DNA of 62,708 nucleotides, filler included, from Dugesia japonica (lineage: Eukaryota), in NCBI GenBank assembly GCA_001938525.1. It is 5 parts of 5 records of this genome, joined end to end, with 100 filler letters (N's around TTAATTAATTAA, not from the genome) between each part and the next. Parts side by side here need not be neighbours in the genome. Positions count along the whole stretch, not along the records: positions 1 to 9,510 come from MQRL01634971.1; positions 9,611 to 24,089 come from MQRL01630299.1; 3 more parts are not named here. One strand, written 5' to 3'. Position 1 is the stretch's first letter, and every line of letters begins with the position of its first letter. The position numbers were made by a program, and so were the translations under genes. Under the pieces are notes generated by a model that was not told where the DNA came from, searched no databases, and was given only the letters and a program-made list of their open reading frames with translations. Below, piece by piece: positions 1 to 14,619 of this stretch.

Positions 1-830
1 ACTATAACTGTCTGACCATCTTGTTGCTTCACGTGTTGACACTACATTCTCATTTACTTTCTGATAAAACTCACCACTCCGAACCACCTTCTTCATTTTC
101 TCCCCAAAACCGTTTTTCATGCATATCCTCCTTAAATAAGTTCACGTTTTCTCTACACCCGCATGACATAACTGATGATGTATTTCTATAATTTTCTTCT
201 CTACCATATCTTCCAATAAATAAATTTTCCCGTTTGACTCAAATACTTTGCTCTTTTTTATTTCATCAATAAAATCATCTTCTCCGATTCCATTCAGCCT
301 CCTCGTCTTTAATCTTCAATTATTCGAGTGTTCATGAATCAGCTGACACTAAATACAAGACTCACAATTTTGCCTTCTTAACATATTAGCATTGTTATGA
401 AGAACACCTATTCGACATTCCAAATTTATGTCTAAACCGCTTAAAAAGTTTATCCACGTATGAAACTGTGCAGTGATCGTCTTTTTTATATTCAACATAA
501 ATGTAATAGCCTTATGATCTGTCCTTAAAACAAATCTTCTGCCATACAAATAATGTTTGAAGTGTTTGCAAAAATAATAGACCGTCAACAGTTCTTTCCT
601 AGTAGTGCGTTAACCCTTCCCGTGATTCGACATCGAATAGNCAATCGCCCTTTCTTTTCCATCCTTATCTTTCTGTGATAACACCACTCCAATCGTGTCG
701 AAACTTGCATCCGTATTCAGAATGAACCCTTTCTCAAAATTTGGGAAACCTAAAATTGGAGAATATTTTATAGCTATCTTCAATCCTTAAAAGATTTCTG
801 TCAATTCTGGTGACATACTAATTTTTTTCT
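1..830 (-). pseudogene. Ty3/Gypsy pol fragment (RT connection/RNase H and linker toward integrase), decayed
   Basis: Minus-strand translation gives FPNFEKGFILNTDASFDTIGVVLSQ...TTRKELLTVYYFCKHFKHYLYGRRFVLRTDHKAI, the Gypsy RNase H signature (TDAS, ELL, TDH); it contains stops and frameshifts. Confidence 0.9.
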
Positions 831-3463
831 GTGTGCATTTTTGGATTATTACTATTTCTAATATCCAAAATTTGAATCTTTATTGACGGCTTTGATTTCA
901 ATTTTAACTGGATTGTGGTTATTTTATTGATTTATTCGTACCATAACCATNTTAAAAATCAACATAAATATATTCAGAANAAAATTGGATATATGTACAA
1001 AAAATATAAATTAATTTCTCTTTTCAAAAAAGGATCATTCAAAATATGAGAAATAATAACAAAAAAATACATAATAATCAACCATCATTTTTATATATGA
1101 TTTTCTCTCATTGTTCATTATGAAAATAGTATTAAGATTTATCTCAAATTCAACTCAAACCAATAACAACTAACTTTATTTTGAGTTTAATTATTCTTTC
1201 ATTTTGACAATATTTATGACAATTTATTTAACATTTTGATTCTTGATTATGGGTAATTAATCTTTAATTTGACAATTTAATTTTTTTAATTTGATTATGG
1301 ATTTTAACTATTCTTTTCCATTTTATTGTATTTATCGGTTTCTATTCATTTGATTTGGAATATAATTTAGTTGTATTTTGATTTAAATACAATATTTTGA
1401 TTTAGTTTGTAATGATTTAAATTTTATTTTGATTATGATAAATTTTGATTTCATTGTTGGTTATATTTTAAAAATAATTATTAATTATTTAAAAACTGGT
1501 TTAATTAATTTGTCATTTTTGTGTGACATGAAAATTATACTATGTCCTGTAATTGTGTTACTGTTTTTATTACATTTTATTATTTTATTTTTGACATTTT
1601 GTGAGATAGTTGTGGGTCACTTATCAAGTATAAATACCTAATGATTTATAGTTGTTAGAAAATACTGTTTTATTCCGATAGGGTGGACCGCAAAGTACTG
1701 AGGAAATAAAGTAGAAAAAATATAAAATGCGTTGGTTGTAATAATTATAATTGTAATATGACTTTTGATCATATTAAATTTTAAATTAAAAATATGCTTT
1801 AAACAAATTCATTTTGTTAAAATAATATATTTTAATAGAAAAGCAGAAATTTGAATTTAATAAATATTGACATCTTTGTCTTGTATTTATAGAATCGAAA
1901 TTGTACGAACTCAACAATAATTATGAACATTGTATATTTTACTTTTAATATATTAAAAGTTAAATTATTTTTTCTTTTAAATCTTATTAAATTTAAATAT
2001 ATAATAATCAAATATAATACTCATAACGTTGAGCGCATAAANNNCATAATAAATAAAACATCGGAGCTCAACAGCTACTTTTCTTCTCGATCTTTGATCT
2101 AACTTAATAATATGTTGTAATGTTGAGCTAATTATTATTATTATTGTGAAGATTTCCGTTTTTTGCTGAGAAAAAACTCAATTCTTTAAAAAAATAAAAA
2201 ACTCACATTTCTTGACTGCAATAATCAACGTATTCATTTGAGTACAACGCAATAAAGGCCGATGAAACTAAACAAAAGATAATAATCGTGAATTATACAA
2301 GAAAAGTAATACTTGGACTCGCTGCTATGAAAATTGGTAAGAAGGTAGTCAGAATAATGTGTCTAGTTTCGGTAATNNNNNNNNNNNNNNNNNNNNNNNN
2401 NNNNNNNNNNNNNNNNNNNNNNNNNNNNNNNNNNNNNNNNNNNNNNNNNNNNNNNNNNNNNNNNNNNNNNNNNNNNTAATAAAAACAACGATTAACAATT
2501 ACTTTAGAATAGGCAACCTTTTTAGTTAATGTAAGGAATATTATCAGATGAAACATGAAATGACTGGCACATAAAGATATAAGAAACAGAATAATTGTTA
2601 TTGTTTCTCTAAATACACAATATTTATTGATAAATATAAGTTCAGTAAAATAAACGGAAAAATAAATATCTTGTAATTGAATATTAAAATCATTTTGTCC
2701 AGTAGATATTGAAGTATCTTGTTGAATTATGAATTCATTGCTATATAGTTATTTTCATAAAACAAAATAAATTTCTTATATAGTAAATCAGAATTTTTTT
2801 AAATTAAAAATATAAATTAATTGTTTTCATCTTTATTTATTAAATATTTTCAGAAACTTCAATTACAACCAACGTTTCTTTTAATTTCTTGACTGACAGC
2901 ACGGGATAAAATTAAGCATGATCAAAAACAACGTATTAATAAATTTATTCATTTTCCACAGTCAGTGCTACTATGCTGATGTTACATATGTTTATTTATA
3001 GGGTAAATCCATTGATACGTTGGTCGCCATGTTAGTTTTATTAGATTTCTTCTTCATTTAAATCAACTAAAACAAGACTTTGAATTCAATACTTTATTTC
3101 GATTACAATTAATTCTTCTCTGAAATTCTTCTTTCTTTTTGAACGCTTCTTTCAAAACTTGCCTTTCCCAATTTATATTTTTGAATAAATAATAAATTTA
3201 AACAAATTTATTATATTTATTAAAAATAAATTTTTTAAATCTAAAACTTCAAATTTACAGTAATTTGAAAAATAAAGCGATAAAATTTAATTATTAAAAT
3301 TTTTTACTAATTGTTTACATTAAAAAATTTAAACTAATAACNNNNNNNNNNNNNNNNNNNNNNNNNNNNNNNNNNNNNNNNNNNNNNNNNNTAAAAAATT
3401 TAAACTAATAACATTGCATTAAATTTTAAAAATATTTGCAAATTTTTAAAATTACCTAACAAA

Positions 3464-3503
3464 CTACGCAGTTGCGTAGATGCGCAGCTTAAAAGGAACA
3501 TTG
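3464..3503 (-). mobile_element. Single terminal inverted repeat of a non-autonomous hAT-like DNA transposon
   Basis: Reverse complement reads CAATGTTCCTTTTAAGCTGCGCATCTACGCAACTGCGTAG, a GC-rich hAT-like end with an internal CTACGCA/TGCGTAG hairpin. The partner end was not found. Confidence 0.45.
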
Positions 3504-5534
3504 ATTCCGACTTAATTAAATATTTTTGATTAATCCACAGTTTTTTACCACTAAAATTTGTTGCACTTTGTTGTAAATTAGATATTTGAATATAATTTGT
3601 TAAATATTACAAGGATAAGAATTAATTCTTCTTGACAAGCTTCTTCTTAAATATTTCTAATTCTGCAAATTCCAAAATAGATATAATAGATATAAATAGT
3701 AGATATAAACCCTCGATATAATATTTATTGCAAAAAAAATTTATAGCTACCAAATTACTAATAAAACCTTAATTACAACAAAACTAGTTGAACAATAATT
3801 TCAATTTAAAATAACTTTTACAATTATAATTTCCAATCCAAAATTAACAAATACAATCGAACCTATCAAATGTCACCCTATTTATAATCCCACCCTCTAA
3901 AAACAACAATTTATAATTCCAATATTTTGTCATTATAATTGATCTCACTGCAGTCGCATTCTTTATAGTCACTTTTCCAAATAGTCACTTCGTAATACGA
4001 ATATTTTGTTTAAAATGTCTCTTGAAAGTCACATTAGCTTGTGTTTTGAGATTAAAAATTAAAGAAAATTTGAGAATATGTTGTAAAGTGATTAATCTAA
4101 AAGCATTGTTCAATGTGCACATTTTTTATTTGCATTTAATTACTACAAAATGTTCACAGTTTCACAAAAGAGTAAACAGCTATCGCTCAATGAAAAATTG
4201 GAAATATTAACACTGTACTATCGAGAAGAAATTTTAAGCGCCTGTTTGTTGAACGTTCCGAATTGACCGATAGACTGTAAGCCAAATCCTGAAAAACAAT
4301 GTTATAATTTACATATTTGTAAAAGCTTGGCATCTTATTAAAGAATTATAACATATTTATCTATTTTATAGTAATTTCTTAATCATCAAATGAAAAATAT
4401 TACATACTACTTATACTATTGATGATGTGCTTAAATTAGTTATACGTATCAAATATACTATAGTATGATCAAGAGATATGTAATTAGTGAACTCAATTTC
4501 ATTTTCATTACTTATTCATTATTTGTACTAACTTTTTAAAATTTCAATGGACACTAATAGCAATTCAAATCTTGTATTGAAGTAACATTAGTTATTTGTA
4601 ACTAAGTGAAGTACAAGATCATACCAAGATCATACTAATTCCAATCTGTTAAATTATTAATATTTCTCACATTCTCTGGAGTATTTGTTATGTAATATAG
4701 TGACTAGTAGCAGCTTATTCAGCTTGTTTGTTGCATAATTAAGATTTGCCATGTGTTCTTTTCCATAAAATATACATCGTTCATCATCATCTATCCGCCT
4801 ATTTGCTTGCTCCTTCTCATTCTATACGTCTGCTCTGTGCTTGCACTTCTATTTTCTGTATTCCTTCTTTTCTCTAGATACTGAATAATCAGTTTGATTG
4901 GTAATCAAATCAATATCTTGTTGTATGTTTTTATCTCTTGACTATTAGTTGTAAATAATTTTATGGTTTTTTGATTATTCTATAACTTTTGGATACTCAA
5001 TGGTTTTCTTAGTATTTTATAGCTTTTTAGAGTTTTCTATGGTTTCACGAGTTGTATAGAATTGTATTTGATACATTGTTTTCATTAGATATGATAAGTT
5101 TAACTGATTTATTAAGAGTTTTACAAAGAAAAATAACAAAGGAATACAAACTTGATTAACTCATAAAACAATTTCATTACTTATTACACATTCTTTTTAT
5201 AGCAAATTCTCATAAATAATCATTAATTTCTTCAAAGTACAATCAAAATTTCATATAAATAGACTGATTTTCATTAATTCATAAAAAATTGCTTAAATTT
5301 AAACAGTAATACACTGGATTCATTACAGCATACACCAATGACTTACACTAATAAAATATGTATTAAGAACAATAAATCACACTAATGTTACCAAGTATTT
5401 TATCAATTCCATTAATTTCATACAAATTTCAACAGGTATACATTAATGAATATGTACACGTTATACAAATATAGACAGATACCATAAGTATACATTAAGT
5501 TATTATTATTACCAAGTCCAAAATCCATTTAAAA

Positions 5535-5535
<1 letters not shown>

Positions 5536-5576
<41 letters not shown>

Positions 5577-5626
5577 NNNNNNNNNNNNNNNNNNNNNNNN
5601 NNNNNNNNNNNNNNNNNNNNNNNNNN

Positions 5627-5694
<68 letters not shown>
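5536..5694. repeat. (ATT)n microsatellite spanning a gap
   Basis: Directly visible. Confidence 0.95.
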
Positions 5695-7099
5695 CAAGGC
5701 TAAAACCTAACAAGTCATATAAGTCTAGGCGTGTATACATGTATGAATTGGATTGAGTAATGCAAGTATAACATGATTGGTTGAATATTTATAAAAAATA
5801 GCTTTAATTTTAATACTTATATCATTAAAATCGAAGCCATCCTATTGAGTTTCCATAATATTAAGTTAGAAAATAATGAGATGGAGAAAGAACAGTGGCC
5901 ACCATATGATGAAGATACAGAAAAGGAATGGCTAAGAGAAAAAACTGATACAAGCAGAAGATAATAATAAAAATGTTGGACCGATTTATTTAATAAATTA
6001 GCATTAATTTTAATAATATACTCGTTTTATATAAATTTTAATGTGTCTACTCAAATGTATGCACTAATATCATACGTATACATACAAATATAATCAAATC
6101 TTTAATACAATTAATCATCATACATTTAATTTATTTAATAATTATACTATCCAAGTTCATTAAACACTATAAAACTAAATACAATCATTAAACCAATTAT
6201 TGAAAATTATAAGTAAAATATGCTTTGACCATTAGGATTTTATTCATAAAAGAATAGAAATGAAAGAAATATTTCTAAAAATTACTAAACGTTTTTGTTT
6301 TTAATTTTTAGATGAAAGAAAGAATGGAGAAAGCAGAGGTGCAATCAGAGAAACAGACTAGTTGTAGACAAAGGTGCACGCAGAAACGCAGGCAGATAGT
6401 GACGATGAAGAATAAATGACTATATTATTTTAAAAGTGATGCAAAATTATACTGAATTTCCGTGATGTATTAGAAATGTATGAAGAATTTATGTGATGTA
6501 TTTAAAATTAATACAGAATTTCCGAGAAGTGTTGGGAAATTTATCCAAAATTTCCAAGAAGTGTGTTAAAATTATTCAAAATTTCACATAAATCATAAAT
6601 TGTTATAAAGAAATATTAATAAGATATTTCATACTCTATTTACTTATATTTAAGGATTTCCATTGTAATCATAGATTTGTCTTCTGTTAGATTAATAAAA
6701 GTTGTTACACATATTTGTTTGATGGGTACAAGTCATCAATTCTTGACAATAGAGTAATTAAAACTTGAATGTTATTTAGTCATATTTCAGAATTATGTCT
6801 ACTATAATTTCAATTAAAATTAGTAATTAACTGTATTCGAATATTAAATATGTCTCGTATAAATTAATTGTTTGCAATAAATGTAATCTTTCCAAATTTC
6901 CAAAATTTGTTATTCGTATATACAAGTCAAATCATTTAGCAATTGTTTAATATTATAAAAGAAAATGTGTCAAGAATCGTATAACTTCGTGAAACAAGCC
7001 GATACATCCATTAATCAAATACAGTCAATAAATCTAGTACATTCAATGAACCCGATATATTCATTAAACCTACAAAATTAATTCATTTACGTATATGAC

Positions 7100-9490
7100 C
7101 AGTGACGTAACTAGATGTTTTCGGACCATAAGCAAATTCTAACTACGGGGCCCCTACTAACATTTTTCTTATCTCAACTGTTTATAAAAAGGAAAATTCT
7201 TTTACTAACTTAAGAGTAGAAAATGAAATAGATATATTAAATGAAACATATATATTTATATATTTAAGGATTTTACAATACATTTAAATAAAAGTATTAA
7301 ACGTTTAAAAGAAAACAGATTATAAAGAAAAAACAAAACATATTTGAATAGTATAAATTATATAGTATAAATATAAACAACGGTATAAAAAGTTATTTAA
7401 AAGATTTTTCGTCTGGATGTTGCAGCCGAAAATTTATCAATTAGAGTCTTCGTGTTTAATTAACTTGCTTCTTCATTCTCAATAGCAACAATGCTAAATA
7501 TTTCAGACGAAATTGTCCAATTAAATTTCTTTAAAAATATATTATAATTTTTAATTTGCTGAATGTACTTTTTACTGTAGCAGCAGTCACTGGCAAAGTA
7601 AAAAATATAATAAACCTCGTACATATATACTTCAGATAAATTATTTTCCAAGCAACTTAATATTTCAATTATAATATTTGCAAAGTCCCTTATTGACATA
7701 GATTCATTTAAATCACTTTTCAACAATGTAGTTATGTTTATAAATTGTATAGCAAAGATATCTGATAGTAATTGTGGGATATTTTGTATTGTAACTTGTC
7801 ACATTTAGAATTTATTTTTTTATGACAATTTAAACAATTCTTTGGGTTCTAAAAAACCAAAATAGTTCACAGCATTATCCATACCTTAAAATATTCTTTT
7901 TATTTGATTTATGACAATATCAATATCAAAATTATAAACGTGAATTTAAAAATATTTTTTCTTCTTTCCAATCTATGGTCTGTGGCTAGCTTATCATAAT
8001 GATTTGTTACTTTTGGTTGTCTTTTTCCTCAAAATTAGGTATTATTCCCCAGGATTTCGGTACCTCTATTGCTTCATTTTTAATTCCATTATAAATAGAT
8101 CTAATTTTAGTTATATTGTTGTATAGACGATTTAAAATGCTTTTGGCTTCATTTAAATCTATATTGTTTTTTGTAAAACTTTTGAAGCAAAATTTATCTC
8201 TGTTAATATTTTTTGCATGAACACAGTTATAAAAATAAATTGAAAATTTTCAATTTTTTTTTATTATTTTGAGCATCATTTCTATTTATTTTGTGTTAAT
8301 ATAATTTCAGTTAAAGACCTAATGATATCGGTATATCGTACTTTGATGGCTACTAATGATAGCAATCGTCCCAACCATCAGGTTGGATTAAGTTTCTTTA
8401 GGGTTACTTGTGATTCTCCCGTAAATTTGGAAACTAGGTCCCATCTTTTTACGCCAATGCTAAAAAATGTATAAATTTCTTGAATCGTTGTAAAAAAATT
8501 TGGAATTTCTTTACATTCTTCTACTGCATCTTTAGCGACGAGATTTCATTGTAACTGGCACAATAAATTTATTCAGCTTTTGGCTGAATTTTTAAAAACT
8601 TTTGTTGCAATCTATTGTGTACTACTTTCATTACATTAGCATTATCATACCCTTGACCAACACAATTTTCAATTCCTAAATAAATTTTTTTATTAAAGAA
8701 ATAATATGATCTTTCATTCCTTCTGCAGGATGATGTTCCATTCAAAAAACTCCAAAGAAGTCGCGATCTATGATTTTTTGTAATTTGTACATATCTGATA
8801 ACAGTGCTTAATTGGTCAACTTTTGTAATATCTTGAGTAGAATCAAGTAAAATTAAGTGCATGGGCTTAATTTAATATTAGTAATTAATTTTTCCAACCA
8901 ATTTTCTTCAATACATTAAATTATTTCATTTTGGATTGTGGGACTTAGATATTTAATCGAACCAGTAGGCATTTCTAATACGTTTTTGTTTATCAACTAA
9001 TTTTACTTGAATTACGAGCAAAGTATCATTCAAATCCAAATATTACTTTTTGAATCATTTATAAAAAGCTTTACATTGTTTCTCGATTCAAAATTGATTT
9101 CATTATAAACACATCTTCAAATACACCATATTCAATAATTGCTTGAGGCAGTGGTGGATCAAAAAGATATGGCCCAGTTTTTCCGAAAAAATCATTAATC
9201 AAATATGGTTCTATGTCCTTTAATTAGTTTATTTATGCTAGTTGTGCTTTACTCTTTATGTCTATTAGAAGTCCTTTGTTTTAGGGGTTCATTTTGCTTT
9301 GTGGGTTGATTTTATTTAATATTTCTTATGTCCATCGGTATCTTACTTGTTATACTATTTGGCAACATTTTTGCTACTTTCGGTATAATCTATGCTACTC
9401 CAGAAGGTAAAAATGACATACATTACTTAGTTCAATCAATGAACTTGATAATACATTCTGAGCTATCGTTATAACGTCTAAAAAAAGGAA
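7100..9490 (-). mobile_element. Decayed hAT transposon (ZMYM1/Tip100-like transposase)
   Basis: Motifs LDSTQDITKVDQLSTVIRYV, GQGYDNANVM and C-terminal dimerization-region remnants (...IVAIENE). Terminus CAGTGACGTAACTAG...GGGGCCCC at 7100. Many stops. Confidence 0.88.
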
Positions 9491-9510
9491 GAGCAAATTT
9501 ATCAAGACTT

Positions 9511-9610
9511 NNNNNNNNNNNNNNNNNNNNNNNNNNNNNNNNNNNNNNNNNNNNTTAATTAATTAANNNNNNNNNNNNNNNNNNNNNNNNNNNNNNNNNN
9601 NNNNNNNNNN
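9511..9610. other. Artificial assembly linker N-TTAATTAATTAA-N (also at 24134, 34558 and 45342)
   Basis: An identical six-frame-stop 12-mer is centred in N runs four times. Confidence 0.95.
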
Positions 9611-10436
9611 ATTTATTGTAATTAACAATTACAATTGGCTTATCTATAACTTGGATATTTCCTCCACGTACTCTTCTATTTATTGGTTGAGTGCCTGAAA
9701 CTTCCCAGCTGCCAAATATAGTGAATTTTAGCAAATTTTCTGATCTACAGGCAAATGTATTGTTTTGAGAAAACTTAGGTTTTTTATTGAATAAGGTATA
9801 AACCTTCTATTATTTTGTATAGTCCACCCATGGCCCATAATTGTCTCTCGTTGGTAAAGGTACTGTTCTTCTTTTTTTATTGACTACGATATCACTATCA
9901 GTGCTAATATCCATTTCCTCTTCTTCTTCAAAACTTTCTCTGTCTCTATTACCACAGGAATTTATTTATTCATGGTCATACGAGTCCAAATAAAATTCGT
10001 CAATTCACTACTTTCCAATTCATTTATAATTTCTTTTTGTAAATGTCGTTTGAGCATTTTCTATATTGTAAAAAATTTCAAATTAAAACACAGATATAAA
10101 TTAGACATACACTGGAGTATTTGCCGCGTGGCGTTCTCTACAAAAGTAATAAAATATTGAAAATTTGTAAATGAAATATATATATATATATATATATATT
10201 ATTAATTATTTATTAAATTGATTATTTATTTTTAAATACTCGTATTACGATAATAAATATGATTAAATAATATAAAAAATTTTATTTAAGCATATCATAT
10301 TTCTTGAAAACCTTATTTTAATTAATTGTAAATAAATTTAATTAAATGGATATTATGTAATATTATCTGGTTATAATTTGACCCCAAATAATGTAAAATG
10401 TCGCCTATATGGTGACATACGAGTTCAAAGGGTTAA
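9611..10436 (-). mobile_element. piggyBac-like 5' end with decayed acidic transposase N-terminus
   Basis: Minus strand begins TTAA|CCCTTTGAACTCGTATGTCACCATATAGGCGAC (TTAA at 10433-10436 followed by CCC), then an acidic remnant FEEEEEMDISTDSDIV. Confidence 0.65.
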
Positions 10437-11701
10437 TAATGAATGATTATTTTGTTTTAAATTTTAAATGAAGATTTAATAAAAAATTATTATTTTACTT
10501 TTAATTGTGAAAATATTTTAAACGAAGATTTAATAATAAAGTAAAAATGTTATCTAAAATTTTAATAATTGAAAAATGATTTTTAATTAAAACATAGAAT
10601 TTTAATTTGTTTGAATAAACAAAAGGTGTTGGATAAAGTTTCGTTTTGTGAATAAATCTTTTATGGAAACGAGTTTTGACATTAATTATCCGATGAGTTC
10701 TGCAAACTCATCTAACAATATGTATTTTCAAATTCTATTTCACTAATATCTCAAGTAAAATATCCTTACTTTAAAGTTATACTATTATAGTTTGATTTTT
10801 ACTTTAAAGGTTAAAATTTACTTTGTTTATATTGATCATTGAACTCTTCATATTTATAAAGAAAGAACTCTGTAAATGTATTTAGGAAATAGATTTTTTA
10901 AATAATTTGATTTAACTTATCGTGTTTTAACAAAATACTTCATTTGTGGAATTCACAAATTTTTTTGATCGTATAACTTTAGCTTAATATATTATGTAAT
11001 TGGAAATTTCTAATAAATTTAATAGCTTTATTTATAAGAGAATTAATTAATTTAATTGAATGTTTCGATTCACACACTTACGAAATCCGTTAATTTGTTA
11101 CGCATTTATTTTTAGTTTGAATAGACATTTTGCCTTTTAATGTCACCGCGAAACCATTTTATCTATTCTTGTTTAAATAAACCTCAAGACAATTAAACAA
11201 TTAATACGTTAATTATTTATATTAAACAGAATAAGTAATAATATAATGAATTAATATTTAAATAGATTTGAGATTGCGATGGATATTATTTGGGATTTAC
11301 CGGATTTATCATTTAACTGGTGAAATTTATTTCCGCCATTTATTTAATTGATTAATTATTCAAAATTTTTAAATCAAAGATTTTAATTTTCGTTTGATTG
11401 ATGAAAAATATTTCATTTGAATTAATTTCTGAATTTTAAATTATTTTATAAATTTTTATTCTTCTAGTTAAATCTTTGAAATGAATTTTCAAATTTAGAA
11501 TTTATTTAATTATAATTTAATTACTACTTTGAAATATTAATACTTGAAAATAACACTATTTGAATTTTTTCGTGGGTGGTTTTTTTTAAAAATTAATATT
11601 TTTATTTTACACTTTTATTGGTTTTGAAAATTTTAAAAATATGAATTANTTTTTTGAATATTTTCTAAAAAATTAAATAATTTAATTAAAACATAGTTGT
11701 T

Positions 11702-11901
11702 TTACAATTGCAATTATTGCGAGAATAATTATTGGACATAACCATTATCGTTTTATAGAATTCATTTAAAATAAAAGCTTTGATCAAAATATTGGTTTTT
11801 TTTATTGATATGTGATAACAATTGTTATCAAAATTTTGAATTGTTATCAAATATCAATAAAAAAACAAAAATTTTGATCGAAGCTTTTATTTTAAATGAA
11901 T
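11702..11901. repeat. Dispersed MITE-like repeat; two inverted copies form an imperfect palindrome
   Basis: ATTCATTTAAAATAAAAGCTTTGATCAAAA ... TTTTGATCGAAGCTTTTATTTTAAATGAAT. The same family occurs at about 39810-39862, 46530-46618, 58801-58925 and 62634-62708. Confidence 0.85.
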
Positions 11902-12785
11902 AATACGTAGTTGTCCATACTTTCTGGGTTCGCCGGGTGCATTTGTCAAAAAGTAAAATTGCGGGTCGCAGTTCCTATTTTTTTTAACTTTTGCACTATC
12001 CTTCATAAAGCATTTGGATTGATATTATACTGATTATAAAAGCACATTGATGTAAAATATTAAAGGTTGAAAATAATAACAAATATGAATAAATATAGAC
12101 TCTTAGATTTGAAATTGAAATGAATATTATTTTAATACTAGTTGTGTATACCCAACATGATGGAATGAAGAATGATGTAAAACTAAAATTCCATGGATAA
12201 TAATATCTGATATTCAATTTCATACTTCAATAAAAATGAGGTAAACATTTTTTTCAAAATAACACAATAAATGTGTTAAGGTATTACCATAACATAAATA
12301 ATAAAAATTCAAAAGAAAATAATTATTGACTATAATATTACCATTCAAGTGAAAGGTAACAGTGATTACCTCTGTTGGTTCTATTGTATTTTATTATCTG
12401 CGATATATGGCGATGACCTTAGATTTAATGGGTCCTTATATAACTATGCCCTCTGTAATTTAACGGTTGATTTAATATTGTGAAAGTAACCTATCCCTTT
12501 TTAGTATGTCAGTAGGTTTTTCTATTAACGCGAGAGTGGTTACGAAGTAGATTATTTTTTTTCCTTTTTTTTAAATTGTTTTTATATTAAAATGTTTGTT
12601 TTTAAAAATTTTTTTTTAATTTTTACTTTTGATTGCAGTGCACTCAATTTTAATCGTATCAATACAAATTTGTTATCAATAGAGGTAATTATGAATTTTG
12701 GAAAGGGTAACTCAAATTCGAACATCAATATATCCATAAGATAGAGAATTCTATTTTTAGTAAGAAAAACAAAGTGTAAAATAAA

Positions 12786-12856
12786 TGGACATTCATGGGA
12801 ATCGCACCACCACTAAATAACTGTAAAAGATCTGCTATTACCGCTGGACCATAAAG
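12786..12856 (-). pseudogene. tRNA-like sequence (pseudo-tRNA or SINE head)
   Basis: Minus strand has A-box-like TGGTCCAGCGG and B-box-like GGTGCGATTCC at tRNA spacing and ends ...TCCA followed by TTT. The stems are poor. Confidence 0.5.
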
Positions 12857-13143
12857 TAATTTAATTATTTTCAAATATCATTATTATTAAGGATAAAAAT
12901 CATCAAACTTTATTATTGATGAAATAAATTAAAAANAAGTACTTCTTATGGTCTGCTCTCATGGATAATTATAGTCTCTAATGATGAACCATAAAATTTT
13001 GAAAAAATAAAAGGTATCTCAAATTTAAACATCAAAGTATCTATTGGATAGAGAATGTTTTACTGATTCTGAATATTATCATCTTAAATCGCCAAACTTT
13101 ATAAGAAATTGGTAAAATCCGAAAAAACAAAGTTTAAAAAAAA

Positions 13144-13216
13144 TGGTCATTCATTTAATTTGAACCCACCACTAATGAGTTGCAAAATGGAAGGTCTTAC
13201 CACTGGATTATTCATC
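13144..13216 (-). pseudogene. tRNA-like sequence, second copy
   Basis: Minus strand TAATCCAGTGGTAAGAC...GGGTTCAAAT...GACCA followed by a T-run; homologous to 12786-12856. Confidence 0.5.
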
Positions 13217-14619
13217 GAATAAGAACATTTTGAAATATCAGTATTAATACGGAAAAAAGACTTCAAACTTTATCATTAACGGAATAAAATTAAAAACGTT
13301 ACTTATTATGGGTTGTTATCATAGATAATTGTAATCTCTAATGAGAAAAATAAAAGGTAACTCAAATTTGAACACCAAGGTATCTTTTAGATAGAGAAGT
13401 TTATTTTGAGTATGAAAAACATATTTAAAAATAACCAATCTTTATCCTTGATTAAATAAATTGAAAAAGTAAGTACTTAATATTAGTTGGTCCCTGAGAA
13501 AATTTGAAAGTATGAAATTTAAATTGATAACATTAAATTTGAAATAAATTAATTGTATTTATTAAACTAATCATCAAAAATTTAATTCATCATTAATTAA
13601 TAGTCATCAAGTTAATCTTAAAGGAAACAATAAAATAATAATTAAATTCAAATTTCACAAGTTAAATTAATTGAAAATACATACATTTTTAATAATAAGT
13701 AAAATATATGGTGAACATTTAATAAAGTCAACAAATCCCAACTAATTTCATTAAATTTTTCATATAATTCTTAAAATCTGGATCATAATTCATGTTTTTT
13801 ACTGGTCAAGTTGGATGGTTGGTGAAAATCTAATGAAATCCAAGAATGGTTATGGAATTTAGTATATTTATTAAACTTTTATATAAATCTATTAAAATTC
13901 TAAGTAATTTAAAGAAAATGTATACATATTTTCAAACGTAGTCTATATTTTGTATTTATAATTTCTAAACCAAATCAAATTTTATTTTGAAATTTGAAAA
14001 GTTTGCATTTATTGCAAACAATGAATTTAAACAAGATTTATTAAAAGTTTTAATATAATTAACTAATTATTTAAATTTAAATGCATACATCATTCATATT
14101 ATTTGACTTTAAATCCAAATTAAAATCATAAGTAACACATTACAAAAATCAATTAAAATTTTAAATTTAATAAAACTAACAGGATTTGATTTTTATCATA
14201 CAATTATTTTCAATCTTCATCGTTAGATTTGGTTGGATATTTCATTTTTCTAAACATTTAAATTAAAAGTCTATTCAAAAATTTAAGAATTCACTTTTTG
14301 TTTATCTAAATTTTAAAATTATGACGAAATAAAACGTGTTCATACAAAATGATTACACACACGTTTTTTAATTAATTTGATACGATTAAACAAACATAAA
14401 ATTCATTAATATTAGTATAACAATTGTCAAACTTTGTCCTTAATGAAATAAATCAAAAAGCAAGTACTTCATATAGGTTGTTTTCTAGTAATATTAAATG
14501 AGGGGTGATTCCGAACAGTATTAATGTTAAAATTAGATGCTCAGTTAAATTTAATATCCAATCAGGTCTAATTTTTTCACTCCTTTAGATAATAATTTAC
14601 TCTTCATTTGTCTTTTCTC

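Larger units (their letters stand above)
12700..13500. repeat. Degenerate tandem repeat of about 300-360 bp (three units)
   Basis: The block AAAGGTAACTCAAATT.GAACATCAA...ATAGAGAA recurs at about 12705, 13010 and 13352, and TCAAACTTT(T)AT.ATT recurs downstream. Confidence 0.8.

Noticed and set aside
9555-9566. TTAATTAATTAA motif repeated four times
   Set aside because: It is always embedded in N runs, so it is an artificial six-frame-stop linker and not biology.
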